DNA of 64,000 bases, taken from contig JAKLGA010000009.1 in the NCBI GenBank assembly GCA_022710975.1, positions 245,547-309,546 on the forward strand, in the 5' to 3' direction. Position numbers and translations under genes: made by a program. The notes beneath the pieces are model-generated. The model saw nothing but the letters and a program-made list of their open reading frames with translations, did no database searches and had not been told where the DNA came from. The DNA comes from Myxococcota bacterium. Its GTDB lineage: Bacteria; Myxococcota; B64-G9. Below, piece after piece: positions 38,410 to 48,583 of this stretch; the first letter of the stretch is position 1, and every line of letters starts with the position of its first letter.

Positions 38410-40614
38410 ATGCGGTCGCACGCTTTCCGTGGGTGTGTGTGGTCGACAGGGCTGAAGTCATGTGCATTCCTCGCGTTCCTCCTGACAGGGCCACTTGCCG
38501 CTGCCAGGGAGGGCGAGCCAGGCGAGGATGGCGAGGTAGACGAAGAGCAGGGCGAGTCGGACGGCCAGGCCGGGGTCCTCGACGGCCTGCTCCAGGGCGT
38601 CAGCGACTACTCCGAGCTGGATCTCGGCCAGCTCCTCGAGCTCCCGCTGGTCGAGTCGGCGTCCCTGCGGCGGCAGTCCATCCTCGACTCACCGGTGACC
38701 GTGTCCGTGCTGACCCGGGATGAGATCGAGTCGAGCGGCGCGGTCAACGTGGCCCAGCTCCTGGCCCGGCTCCCGGGCGCGCTCGTGCTCCAGGAGGGCG
38801 CGAACACCTACTGGGTGGGGCTGCGCGGCCTGTCGGCCCTGGGCACGAACCGCACCATGCTGCACGTCGACGGCAGCCCGTTCCACGACCGCCTGACCGG
38901 GTTGCAGCTGTGGCCCATCCTGCCCCTGCTGCCCGCGGATCTGGAGCGCATCGAGGTCATCCGCGGCCCGGGCTCGATGCTCTACGGCAGCGACGCGCTG
39001 AGCGGGGTGATCAACCTGGTCAGCCGGCGGCCGCTCGATCACGCCGGGTTCGAGGCCTCGGGCTGGGGCCTGTTCAACCTGCTCGGCAGCCAGCCAGACG
39101 GGTCCTCCCCGCGCGTCTGGATGGAGAACGGGGGCGGGGCGAGCCTGGCCTACGGCTGGGTGGATCCCTCGGGGCAGCTGGGCCTGCGCGTCTCGGGAGG
39201 CTTCAACCACGAGCCGGAGTGGTCCAACCAGGCCGGTGACTTCGCCAACGGGCCGTTCGCCTACCAGGTCCGGGCCAGCCTCCAGCTCCTGCCCGATCCG
39301 TACTCGGAGCTGCGCCTGAACTTCGCCCACGCGGCGGCGGAGACGATGCGGGTGTTCGTGTTCTTCCCGGTGCGCAACCCCGTGTCCGCGCAGAGCCTGG
39401 ATCTGCACTACAGCCGCAGGCACCTGGGCGCCGACTGGCTCGGGCTGCGGCTGGACGCCGACGCGCACCGCATGACGGTCGAGTTCGTGTCGCTGCCGCA
39501 GGAGGATGATTCGCTGTTCGTGCTCATGCCCTTCGACCTGTTCAGCATCCCCAGCGAGAGCTACGACGCCCACCTCAGGCTCCAGCTCGACGCCAGCCTC
39601 TGGGAGGACCGTGAGCTCCTCAGCCTGGCCGGGGAGGTGACCTACTTCGGCGTGGCCGACTACACCTCCCGGCCCTGGATGCTGTTCGGCGGGGTGCTGC
39701 TGAACAACGACCTCGTCCTGCTGGACGATCGCTCGTTGATCATCAGCCTCGGCGGCCGCTTCGACTACGTGCGCTCCCACGAGGGATCCTTCGGCGACAT
39801 ACGCTACCGCCACCTGAGCCCCAAGGCGGCGCTCATCTGGAAGCCGGCGCCGGATCACAGCCTGCGCCTGTCGGGCGGCTCGGCCTTCCGCACCCCGCAG
39901 CCGGCCGAGACCTCGATCGACTTCCAGGTGCGGCCGGGCGGCCCGGACGGGCCGGCAGCCCACGTGCTGGTCGGCAACCCCCGTTTGCAGCCCGAGCGGC
40001 TGTACGGGCTGGAGCTCGGCTACCAGGGCAAGCTGTGGCAGGGGCTGCGTCTGGAGGCGGTGGTGTTCGGGCAGCGCGTCGACGATCTGGTCGGGCTGAC
40101 CCGGGAGACGCGCGCGCCGATCTTCAAGGAGAACGTGCAGAGCGTGCACCAGGCTGGGCTGGAGCTGTCGCTGCGCTACCTGGACCCGGACCGGGTGCGC
40201 GCCTCCCTGAGCTACACCTTCATCTACAGCCTGGACGCGGACACGGGCGCGGTGGTCAAGGACTGGCCCATGCACCTCTGGTCCCTGGGTGCGGACGTCG
40301 AGCTCGGCCTGGGCTTCAGCCTGGGCGTGCAGGCCGGCCTGCAGTTCGACTACCGCCCGCTGGTGGCCGTGCCCATCACCCCGGATCTCGGCACCATGCG
40401 CATCGAGTGGCAGCCCCGCCAGGCCGCGGATCAGGCCCGCGTGGACCTGCGGCTCGGCAAGCGGCTCTTCGACGGCACGGTGGAGATCTTCCTGATGGCC
40501 CGCAACCTGGCCGGCTTCTTCCGCGAAGCCCAGGGGCTGCAGGGCATCCCCATGGATTACGCACAGCCGATCGGCGGCAGCCTGCTCCTGGGCGTGCGCG
40601 CCGGCGGATTCTAG
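38410..40614 (+). CDS. TonB-dependent outer-membrane receptor (copy 2, paralog)
   Basis: Internal Met MRSHAFRG... Collinear with copy 1 through plug and barrel (roughly 50% identity by eye). Confidence 0.85.
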   Translation: MRSHAFRGCVWSTGLKSCAFLAFLLTGPLAAAREGEPGEDGEVDEEQGESDGQAGVLDGLLQGVSDYSELDLGQLLELPLVESASLRRQSILDSPVTVSVLTRDEIESSGAVNVAQLLARLPGALVLQEGANTYWVGLRGLSALGTNRTMLHVDGSPFHDRLTGLQLWPILPLLPADLERIEVIRGPGSMLYGSDALSGVINLVSRRPLDHAGFEASGWGLFNLLGSQPDGSSPRVWMENGGGASLAYGWVDPSGQLGLRVSGGFNHEPEWSNQAGDFANGPFAYQVRASLQLLPDPYSELRLNFAHAAAETMRVFVFFPVRNPVSAQSLDLHYSRRHLGADWLGLRLDADAHRMTVEFVSLPQEDDSLFVLMPFDLFSIPSESYDAHLRLQLDASLWEDRELLSLAGEVTYFGVADYTSRPWMLFGGVLLNNDLVLLDDRSLIISLGGRFDYVRSHEGSFGDIRYRHLSPKAALIWKPAPDHSLRLSGGSAFRTPQPAETSIDFQVRPGGPDGPAAHVLVGNPRLQPERLYGLELGYQGKLWQGLRLEAVVFGQRVDDLVGLTRETRAPIFKENVQSVHQAGLELSLRYLDPDRVRASLSYTFIYSLDADTGAVVKDWPMHLWSLGADVELGLGFSLGVQAGLQFDYRPLVAVPITPDLGTMRIEWQPRQAADQARVDLRLGKRLFDGTVEIFLMARNLAGFFREAQGLQGIPMDYAQPIGGSLLLGVRAGGF

Positions 40615-40630
40615 GCGGGGAGGGAGCGAC

Positions 40631-41098
40631 ATGCGGCGACACCTGCTGACCTCGATGGCGCTGGCGGCGAGCCTGGTGGCGGGCTGCGGGGTGGATCTGC
40701 CGGACGGGGGCTTCGGGCAGAGCGTGCGGGGCGAGCTGACCTACCGCGGGCGAGGGCTCGAGGGGCTGTCGCGGCCCACGCTCGGCGTCCTGGTGGTGGT
40801 CGAGCCCTGGGCGTCCACGGATTGGTCCACCTGGACCTGGCCCAACGCGTTCCGCATCTACGATCCTGTCGCCTTCGAAGTGCAGCGCTTCGAGTACGAG
40901 GTGACGGGCCTCGAGCCGGGCAGCTACGAGGTCATGGCCGTGCTGGGCGAGGCCGACCGGCCTGCCACCGACCCGATCGCCATGGGCGCCTACCCCAACC
41001 TGCTCCAGATGGGCGATCGCCCGGTCGAGGTGCCCGAGGTCGGGGCCGCGGAGGGGATCGACTTCGAGCTGTTCGAGGTCGAGCTGGGCGGGATCTGA
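40631..41098 (+). CDS. Companion lipoprotein of the TonB-dependent receptor (copy 2)
   Basis: Lipobox LVAGCG. Paralog of the 37728 ORF. Confidence 0.65.
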   Translation: MRRHLLTSMALAASLVAGCGVDLPDGGFGQSVRGELTYRGRGLEGLSRPTLGVLVVVEPWASTDWSTWTWPNAFRIYDPVAFEVQRFEYEVTGLEPGSYEVMAVLGEADRPATDPIAMGAYPNLLQMGDRPVEVPEVGAAEGIDFELFEVELGGI

Positions 41099-41176
41099 GC
41101 GGATCTGAGCGCCGCCCAGTTCGCCCTTGATCCCCGCTCCGGGCTGTGGTCCCCTCTGGCCCGAGGAGGACTACCG

Positions 41177-41671
41177 ATGGCCCGCAAGAGCGAGAACGTG
41201 ATCCGCTTCGACTTCCCCCCCGAGCGCCTGATGCAGGTCCTGCTCGATCCCGGCTTCCAGGTGGCCCGCGACAAGGCCAACGGCTCCCTGGAGTCGCGCG
41301 TGGAGGAGAAGAGCCGCACCGCCGAGCGCTTCGTCTACTCGATGCACACCAAGGACTACGCGCGCGGGATGACCGGCATCGACAAGTCCAAGATCGAGGA
41401 CAACCGCGCGGACTACGAGTGGGACCTGAAGGCCCGCAAGGCCACCTGGACCTACCACCCCTCGGCCCAGCTCGGGCCGGTCAAGGTGTGGGGCACCATC
41501 AAGGTCGAGGCCGACGGCGCCGGCTGCCGGCTCACCAACACCTTCGAGGTCGAGGTGAAGATCCCGCTCATCGGCGGGCAGGCCGAGAAGATGGTGCTCA
41601 AGGAGGTCGACAAGTCCTGGCCGGGCTTCGAGCGCACCATCCGCGAGCACCACGCCAAGCTGCCGAAGTGA
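41177..41671 (+). CDS. SRPBCC (START/Bet v1-like) fold hypothetical protein
   Basis: 164 aa with alternating beta/helix pattern. Weak resemblance to DUF2505/SRPBCC. SD-like GAGGAGGA upstream. Confidence 0.45.
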   Translation: MARKSENVIRFDFPPERLMQVLLDPGFQVARDKANGSLESRVEEKSRTAERFVYSMHTKDYARGMTGIDKSKIEDNRADYEWDLKARKATWTYHPSAQLGPVKVWGTIKVEADGAGCRLTNTFEVEVKIPLIGGQAEKMVLKEVDKSWPGFERTIREHHAKLPK

Positions 41672-41674
41672 CCG

Positions 41675-43756
41675 TCACATCCTGGACGCCACCGCCGCGA
41701 CGATGCCGCCCGCCACCAGCAGCAGCGCCCACACGATCTTGGCGTGCATGGCGTAGCAGCCGCGCGTCCTGCCGCCGCCCACGATGCTGCGCAGCTCGAT
41801 GAAGGGCACCGGCGCCCGGCGGTACCAGCCCTTGGCCACCACCTCCTGGCCGTCCAGCGAGCCCCGGCGCATGAGGCCGAACAGCAGCTCGATGAAGTGC
41901 AGCGGCTGGCGGTAGTCCAGGAAGATGATGCCCGTGTCGTCGCGGATGACGAAGTCCTCGCTCAGGATGAGGCCCGGCACCCCGCGGCCGATCACCGTGC
42001 CGCGGATGGTGCAGGGCACCCCGCGCACCCCCGAGACCTTCACGTTCTTCAGCAGCCCCGCGATGCTCATCTCCGGGAACTCGCCGCCGCGGTAGCTGAA
42101 GAGCGTGCGCAGGAGCAGCCCGGCGCCGTAGCCCGAGATGGCCAGGAACATAATGCGCTCGTCGTTCTGCAGGCCGCCGTACACGAGCAGCGCGATGGGC
42201 AGCAGGTAGGGCAGGAACAGCACGAACAGATCCACCAGGAACTCGTCCCAGTAGGACTCGGGCTTCCTGTCGTCGAACATCACGTAGGGCGCCTGGCCCT
42301 TGGTGGCCGCCTGCCGGCTCAGGTGGTCCAGGCGCGAGGCGATCAGCGGGTGGGTCGAGCCCAGCTCGTAGAACCTGGCCCAGGGGTTCCAGCGGTCCCA
42401 GCGCATGGCGCCCTTGAGGTTGTCCGTGTCCACCGTGCTGCCGCCGGCGCCCACGCGCGCGGAGGCGATGGCCAGCGAGCGGCCCGAGCCGGCCGAGAAG
42501 ATGCCCATGGCGCCCATGGCCTCCAGGCCGGTGGCGCGGGCCGGGGCGGCCTCGGCCTGCCCGCGGGCCTGGGCCTTCTCGCGCTCCTTGGCGTTGGTGG
42601 GCCGGCCGGCCAGGCCGTAGCCGATCTTGACCAGCGCGCTGGACAGCGCGTTGGGCTCGCCGGTGGCCTCGCCCGCGAAGCGATCGGCCCCGTACTCGCG
42701 GGTGCGGGACAGCCACAGCACGATGTACTCGGAGATGATGTAGACGATGAAGGCGCCGATGGCGATGGCCAGGCGGGCGGCCGCGGTCTTGTCCTTGCCG
42801 CGCACCCGGATGCGGATGACCACGCGGTAGACGTAATAGGCGATCAGCGGCACCAGGTAGGCCATGGTCATGATGAGCGTGTCCCAGCGCAGCGCGTGAC
42901 CGAGCTCGTGGGCGGTGACCGCCTCGAGCTCCTTCTCGTCGAGGATCTCCATGAGCCCGCGGGTGAGCACCACGCGCGCGTTGTTGGGGTGGTGGCCGTA
43001 GGTGAAGGCGTTCGGCGCCCCGTCCTGGATGATGCCCATGCGCGGGAACTTCTTGCCGTGCTTGTCGACCACCTTCTGCACGAACTCGCGCAGGTGGGCC
43101 GGCAGCTCGTCGGGCGTCACCCAGCGGCACTGGAACAGGCCGCGGAGCGACCAGTCCATGATGATCGGGCCCAGGCCGAACTGCAGGGCCGCGATGATGA
43201 CCCCGATCATCACCGCACCGCCCGGCGGCAGCCCGGCCACCTCGACCAGCAAGATGAGCAGCGCCGCCAGCAGGCCGTACAGGAAGGTGAGCACGCCCAC
43301 CGAGCGCAGCGTCAGGTTGGGCAAGCCCTTGCCCGCCGCCGCGTAGGCCTTGAGGGAGGCGGGCAGCATGGCCGCGGCCGGCACCGCGTTGACCGCGGCA
43401 ACCCGGGCGTCCATCTCCAGGGCCAGCTTGGCGTCCGAGCGGGCCAGGATCTGGCGCATCTCGCCCCGGTCGAGCCACAGCCCCTTGGTGCCCGGGCACT
43501 GGTCGATCTCCACCTCGTCGAACAGCGTCAGCCGGTCCATGAGCGCGCCCGTCTTGGGGCTCTTGAGGTCGCCGGGCTTCGCCAGGGCGCGGGCCTTGTT
43601 GATCTCCGCGGTCAGCACCTTGGGCTTGGCGGCGAAGTAGTAGATCTCGCCCTTGTCCAGCCACACCCCGCCGCAGGCCGGGCAGGTGTCCACCTCCACG
43701 CCGGGCTTGGTGAGCCCGGGTTGGAGCTGGGAGCCGGCGCAGCGTGGGCAGTCCAT
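41675..43756 (-). CDS. M48-family zinc metalloprotease (HtpX/Ste24-like) with N-terminal zf-TFIIB-type zinc ribbon and C-terminal extension
   Basis: MDCPRCAGS...CPACGGVWLDKGE (zinc ribbon). TM helices. HELGHAL (HExxH) plus downstream EYGADRFA. SD AGGAGG upstream of ATG at 43756. Confidence 0.8.
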   Translation of the reverse strand: MDCPRCAGSQLQPGLTKPGVEVDTCPACGGVWLDKGEIYYFAAKPKVLTAEINKARALAKPGDLKSPKTGALMDRLTLFDEVEIDQCPGTKGLWLDRGEMRQILARSDAKLALEMDARVAAVNAVPAAAMLPASLKAYAAAGKGLPNLTLRSVGVLTFLYGLLAALLILLVEVAGLPPGGAVMIGVIIAALQFGLGPIIMDWSLRGLFQCRWVTPDELPAHLREFVQKVVDKHGKKFPRMGIIQDGAPNAFTYGHHPNNARVVLTRGLMEILDEKELEAVTAHELGHALRWDTLIMTMAYLVPLIAYYVYRVVIRIRVRGKDKTAAARLAIAIGAFIVYIISEYIVLWLSRTREYGADRFAGEATGEPNALSSALVKIGYGLAGRPTNAKEREKAQARGQAEAAPARATGLEAMGAMGIFSAGSGRSLAIASARVGAGGSTVDTDNLKGAMRWDRWNPWARFYELGSTHPLIASRLDHLSRQAATKGQAPYVMFDDRKPESYWDEFLVDLFVLFLPYLLPIALLVYGGLQNDERIMFLAISGYGAGLLLRTLFSYRGGEFPEMSIAGLLKNVKVSGVRGVPCTIRGTVIGRGVPGLILSEDFVIRDDTGIIFLDYRQPLHFIELLFGLMRRGSLDGQEVVAKGWYRRAPVPFIELRSIVGGGRTRGCYAMHAKIVWALLLVAGGIVAAVASRM

Positions 43757-43863
43757 GCGGGTCCAGGTCGCGCTCAAGGGGAACCTCCTGGTTCGTTGCC
43801 TGCTGGGCGGCGATTGTACCAAAGAGGGGCGGGGAGCGGGAGGCGAAAGAGCGCCGCCGCGCC

Positions 43864-44460
43864 TCAGGCGCTGGGCGGGGTGGACAGGGGCGGCACGGTC
43901 ACGGGCGGCTGGGGCGGGCGGGCCGCGAAGGCCGCCAGCAGGCTGCGGCAGACCTGGTCCTCGATCTGGGCGGCGTTCTCCGCGGTGAGGTCGTGCACCT
44001 CGATGCCCGGCATGTACTTGACCTCGCGCACGAAGCCGCGGCCCTGCTTGGCGGCGCTGGCCAGCACCGCCACCTCGTCCTTCTTCATCAGCATCTTGGC
44101 CATGACCGAGAAGGTGCGCGAGATGGTCTCCATCGGCCCGATCTCGTCGATCACGTACAGGTCGATGCCCATGCGGAAGGAGATGGCCTCGAGGGTCACG
44201 GCCTCGATGGCCTGCTCGTCCACGTAGAAGTTGTCGACCCGGGTGCCGCGGCCCTTGCCAGAGGTGGCGATGGGGACCTCCTGGCCGTCCATGGTGCGGA
44301 TGACCCGGATGGGCTTGCCCTTCTCGTTCTCGGCGTTCAGGTTGAGGAAACCGGCGGCGTGGATGTTGGCGGCCTTCACGGCCAGCAGCTTCTCGACGAT
44401 GTTCTTGATGAGCGTGGTCTTGCCGACGCCCGGTGCCCCGGTTATCAAGATCTTCGGCAT
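43864..44460 (-). CDS. THEP1-like (NTPase_1 family) P-loop nucleoside triphosphatase
   Basis: MPKILITGAPGVGKTTL Walker A. Length of about 198 aa and DEIGPME Walker B fit the THEP1 family. Confidence 0.65.
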   Translation of the reverse strand: MPKILITGAPGVGKTTLIKNIVEKLLAVKAANIHAAGFLNLNAENEKGKPIRVIRTMDGQEVPIATSGKGRGTRVDNFYVDEQAIEAVTLEAISFRMGIDLYVIDEIGPMETISRTFSVMAKMLMKKDEVAVLASAAKQGRGFVREVKYMPGIEVHDLTAENAAQIEDQVCRSLLAAFAARPPQPPVTVPPLSTPPSA

Positions 44461-44645
44461 GGCTTTCACGGCGGGGCTCCTCTCCGGTACCAACGACCAC
44501 GCCGGCCTGGCCGGCGTCGGGCGCCACCTTAGCCTTCCAGCCGGGCCGCGTCAAGGGTGGACCGCGCGCCGCGCCCGCCGGTTGACAGGCCGCGCCCGGG
44601 TCTGGGATAGGTGGAGCGGACCACCAAACCCAAGGAGGGTGTCGC

Positions 44646-45896
44646 ATGAGCCGCTTCGCGCTGCCGCTTCTCTTCGCCCTGTCCCTGTCCGCCTGCAACA
44701 AGACCGAGACACCGCAACCGGCGGCCCCGGCCGAGCCCGCGGCCGCGGCACCGGCCGCCCCCGCGGCTCCGGCCGCGCCCGCGGCCGGCCAGGCGCTGCC
44801 CGTGCCCGACGAGCTCGCCAGGAAGGCCCAGGACGTGGCCGACAAGGCCACCGCGCTCACCGACACCGAGGCCCCGGCCCTGACCCCCGCGCAGTACGAG
44901 CAGCTCCTGCTCGGGCTGGCGAGCTGCAAGGTGACGGACACCGGCCACATCGACGGCGCCTGCCCGGCCCTCAAGGAGTTCGACCAGGCCCGCAGGGCGA
45001 AGACCGCCCTCAAGGATCTGGCCGGGATGATGGGCCCGCTGGGCAAGAAGCACATCGGCCACGAGAGCGCGGCCGTGCGCGTCAAGGCGGCCCAGCTCAT
45101 GGGCTCGATGTTCGGCGCGGACGCCGGCACGCAGCAGGTCATCCTGGAGGCCATCGCCAAGGAGGCCGAGCCGGCGGTGCTGCGCGCGATGATCGAGGTG
45201 GTCGGCTCCAAGGGCAAGTCGAACCCCGAGGTGGGCAAGATGCTGCTGGCCCAGGCCGATCACCCGAGCCCGGTGGTGCGCAAGGCGGCGCTGAACTGGC
45301 TGACCACGAGCTTCAACCAGGGGCTGCCGGGCGGGGTGGAGAAGCTGATCGCCAAGATCGAGGGCGATCCGGATCCCGACGTCAAGCGCTTCGCCTGCGA
45401 GTACGCCGGCAAGCTGGCCGACGACAAGCTGCTCAAGGTCTATGACAAGCTCACCGCGAACGCCAAGGACGCCAAGCTCTACTCGGCCTGCATGCAGGGC
45501 CTGGCGCAGATGTGGGTCTCCTTCCCGTTCTTCGAGAACGCCAACCAGAAGGCCTACGAGCTGACGCTGAAGCGGCTGGCCGCGAAGCCGCGCTCCCAGG
45601 ACCTGCCGCCGTGGATCCTGATGGACAACTTCAAGCACCTCGGCCAGGACAGCGACAAGGTCAAGGCCTGGAAGGCGAAGGCGACCTGGTACAAGCAGGA
45701 GAAGCTCCTGGCCGTCCTCCAGCAGGTGATCGAGGACCCGCAGGCCAACTGGATGGCCAGGAACGGCGGCATCGAGTCCCTGCTCGGCCTGGGCGCGCCC
45801 AAGGCCACCTTCGAGGCCATGCTCACGAAGTGCGGCGACAAGTGCGACACCAACATCAAGCGCAAGTTGACCGAGGCGGTCGCCAAGGCCAAGTAG
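44646..45896 (+). CDS. Lipoprotein with HEAT/PBS-lyase-like alpha-solenoid repeats
   Basis: Lipobox LSLSAC. Pro/Ala linker. Repeated helical pairs (AAVRVKAAQLMGS, PVVRKAALNWL). Confidence 0.6.
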   Translation: MSRFALPLLFALSLSACNKTETPQPAAPAEPAAAAPAAPAAPAAPAAGQALPVPDELARKAQDVADKATALTDTEAPALTPAQYEQLLLGLASCKVTDTGHIDGACPALKEFDQARRAKTALKDLAGMMGPLGKKHIGHESAAVRVKAAQLMGSMFGADAGTQQVILEAIAKEAEPAVLRAMIEVVGSKGKSNPEVGKMLLAQADHPSPVVRKAALNWLTTSFNQGLPGGVEKLIAKIEGDPDPDVKRFACEYAGKLADDKLLKVYDKLTANAKDAKLYSACMQGLAQMWVSFPFFENANQKAYELTLKRLAAKPRSQDLPPWILMDNFKHLGQDSDKVKAWKAKATWYKQEKLLAVLQQVIEDPQANWMARNGGIESLLGLGAPKATFEAMLTKCGDKCDTNIKRKLTEAVAKAK

Positions 45897-45931
45897 GGGC
45901 GTTGATCCGCAGCTCCCGCCCGGGTTAGTTT

Positions 45932-46537
45932 GTGGCCGTGCTCACCCTGGCTGCACCCTGCGCGCTCGAGGTGGAGATCAAGAAGAGCCGCTTCATCGCG
46001 CGGGCGGCGCGGGCCGGGACGCGCGAGGAGGCCATGGCCTTCATCGCCCAGGCCGGTGAGCCCAAGGCCAACCACAACTGCTGGGCCTACCGGATCGGCC
46101 CGGACTACCGCTTCAGCGACGACGGCGAGCCCGGCGGCACGGCCGGGCAGCCCATCCTGCGCGCCATCGAGGGCCAGGGGCTCGACTGCGTCGCGGTGGT
46201 GGTGACCCGCTGGTTCGGCGGCATCAAGCTGGGCGCCGGCGGGCTCGCCCGCGCCTACGGCGGGACCGCGGCCGAGTGCCTGCGCACCGCGCAGCGGCTC
46301 GAGGTGCGCCCGAGGGTCGAGCTCCGGGTGACCGCGCCCTTCGCGCTGACCGGGGCGGTCTACCCTGTGCTCGAGGCCTGCGGCGCCCAGAAGCTCGCGG
46401 AGAGCTACTCGGAGGCCGGCCTGGTGCTGCGGATCTCGCTCGAGGCCGGGGCGCTCGAGGCGTTCCGGGCGGCCCTGGCCGACGCCACCCGGGGCAAGGC
46501 CACGCTCGAGCCCTACGATCTTTCTACAAACGCTTGA
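45932..46537 (+). CDS. yigZ: YigZ/IMPACT-family protein (GTG start)
   Basis: KKSRFIARAA...ANHNCWAYRIG...SDDGEPGGTAG, a UPF0029/IMPACT N-domain signature. Confidence 0.75.
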   Translation: MAVLTLAAPCALEVEIKKSRFIARAARAGTREEAMAFIAQAGEPKANHNCWAYRIGPDYRFSDDGEPGGTAGQPILRAIEGQGLDCVAVVVTRWFGGIKLGAGGLARAYGGTAAECLRTAQRLEVRPRVELRVTAPFALTGAVYPVLEACGAQKLAESYSEAGLVLRISLEAGALEAFRAALADATRGKATLEPYDLSTNA

Positions 46538-46618
46538 CCCGCCGCTGAGACCTGCAGGCCGATTCCGCGGGATGATCCGTCCATTGCAGGCAGGTCAACC
46601 CAGGAAAGGTGGAACGCC

Positions 46619-48571
46619 ATGCTCCAGACGCGCCTCGCCCCCGTCGGCTCCTCGCTGCTCGCCCTGGTCCTGCTCGCCACGGCCGGCTGCGCCCACGCAC
46701 AGGCCGCGGCCGGCCCGGAGCGCGTGGCCGCGGCGCCAGAGCCCACGGCCGCGCCCGCCGTCCAGGCCCAGGACGTGCCCGACGCCGAGAGCGACGCGCG
46801 CGAGCTCCAGTCGAAGGTGACCCGGGTGACCGTCTACTCCGACCGCGCCCGGGTGACCCGCCAGGCCCGGGCGGAGGTCCCGGCCGCGCCCGCGGTGTTC
46901 GCCTTCCGCGGGCTGCCGGGCTGGGTGGACGACGGCTCGGTGCAGGTCTCGGCCAGCGCCGGCCGCATCGTGGACGTGCGCGTGGATCGCCGCTTCCTGT
47001 CCCGGGCGAGCGACGCGGGCTGGCAGAAGCTCGAGGCCGAGCACCGCAAGCTGGCCGGGCGGCAGGCCGTGCTGCGGGACGAGCTCGGGGTGCTCGAGGC
47101 CCAGCGGCAGCAGATCGAGGCCCTCAAGGCCTTCTCCACGGCCAAGATCAACCAGGACACCCTGCTCGGCACCATCCAGGTGTCGAGCTACGGCGAGCTG
47201 CTGCGCTTCATCGGCGACTCGCTGCGCGGGACGGCCGAGGCCCGGCGCGCGGTCCAGCAGCAGCTCGACGACCTCGCCCCCGAGCTCCAGGCGAGCCAGC
47301 GCCGGCTCGAGGACGCCAAGGCGATGATGCAGCTCGAGGAGACGGTGGTGCTGGTCAGCCTGCAGGCTCCGGCCCCCGCGGACTGCACCCTGGAGCTCAC
47401 CTACATGCTGCCGGGCGCGACCTGGGAGCCCCTGCACGAGCTGCGGGCGAGCACCGCGGACGCGGGCAGCGTCGAGGTCACCTCCTTCGCCGCCATCTCC
47501 CAGACCAGCGGCGAGGACTGGGGCGGGGCGGAGCTGGTGTTCTCCACCCAGTCCACCACCAAGTCGGTGCGCATCCCGGAGCTCGAGGCGCTGGTCCTCG
47601 GCGAGACCACCACCGCGACGCGGGTGCTCACCAGCCAGGTGTCCTCCTTCACCCGGGCCGAGGAGGCCTTCAAGGGGCAGAGCGGGCTGTGGAACAAGGT
47701 CCACGGGGACAAGAGCGCGGAGCGCGCCCGCGAGAGCTTCGAGTCCGTGTTCCAGAGCAACCTGCAGTACCTGCAGGTGGTCCAGGGCCGGACCGTCAAG
47801 CTGTTCGAGAGCCTGGAGCGGCGCGGGACCACGGCGCACTTCCGGGCGGAGCCCGCCGCCAGCGTGCGCGGCGACGGCCACCCGGTGCGGCTGCTCATCG
47901 GCCGGCAGGTGCTCGCCTCGCGGCAGCGGCTGGTGGCCGCGCCCGAGCAGAGCCTGAACGCCGCGCGCACCCTGGTGATGACCAACTCGACCGGCCGGCC
48001 CCTGCTGCCCGGCCGGGTGGCGCTGTACCAGGACGGCGCCTTCCTGGGCATGACCGACATCGAGTTCATCGCCAAGGCCGAGGAGTTCGCGCTCTTCCTG
48101 AGCGTGGCCGACCAGCTCAAGCTGTCGCGCGAGCTCGATCGCAAGCAGAGCCGGCTGGTGCGCAAGACCCGCAGCCAGATGCAGGTCGCCTTCGTGGTCA
48201 CGGTGGAGAACCTGGGCGCCGAGGAGGCCACGCTCACCCTGGCCGACCGCGTCCCGGTGTCCGAGAACAAGGACATCCGGATCGACAAGGTGTCCCTGAG
48301 CCCGTCGGTGAAACCCGACTCGAAGGGGCTGGTCCACTGGGAGCTCACGCTGAAGCCCGGGGAGAAGAGGGAGCTCCGGCTCGGCTACCAGATCGAGTAC
48401 CCGGCCGAGCTGATGATCGAGACCAGCCGCCGGCGGGCGGCCAAGGCGGCCCAGCCCGCCCGGCCCGGGATGCGCGCGCCCGCGGCGGACCCGAACCGCT
48501 ACGACTTCGACGGGGAGAGCGTGTCCCCGGCCGTCGAGGAGCAGATCCTGGATCTCGAGGAGCGGTTCTAG
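46619..48571 (+). CDS. DUF4139-type (mucoidy-inhibitor-like) lipoprotein
   Basis: Lipobox LLATAGC. Long coiled-coil middle. Beta-rich C-terminus resembling DUF4139. Confidence 0.55.
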   Translation: MLQTRLAPVGSSLLALVLLATAGCAHAQAAAGPERVAAAPEPTAAPAVQAQDVPDAESDARELQSKVTRVTVYSDRARVTRQARAEVPAAPAVFAFRGLPGWVDDGSVQVSASAGRIVDVRVDRRFLSRASDAGWQKLEAEHRKLAGRQAVLRDELGVLEAQRQQIEALKAFSTAKINQDTLLGTIQVSSYGELLRFIGDSLRGTAEARRAVQQQLDDLAPELQASQRRLEDAKAMMQLEETVVLVSLQAPAPADCTLELTYMLPGATWEPLHELRASTADAGSVEVTSFAAISQTSGEDWGGAELVFSTQSTTKSVRIPELEALVLGETTTATRVLTSQVSSFTRAEEAFKGQSGLWNKVHGDKSAERARESFESVFQSNLQYLQVVQGRTVKLFESLERRGTTAHFRAEPAASVRGDGHPVRLLIGRQVLASRQRLVAAPEQSLNAARTLVMTNSTGRPLLPGRVALYQDGAFLGMTDIEFIAKAEEFALFLSVADQLKLSRELDRKQSRLVRKTRSQMQVAFVVTVENLGAEEATLTLADRVPVSENKDIRIDKVSLSPSVKPDSKGLVHWELTLKPGEKRELRLGYQIEYPAELMIETSRRRAAKAAQPARPGMRAPAADPNRYDFDGESVSPAVEEQILDLEERF

Positions 48572-48583
48572 GAGGAGGGGAGG

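Noticed and set aside
43757-45238. Upstream 494 codons of the 1187-aa 41675..45238 minus-strand ORF
   Set aside because: G/R/H/P-rich junk that overlaps the THEP1-like NTPase gene. The M48 gene has a clean SD + ATG at 43756.
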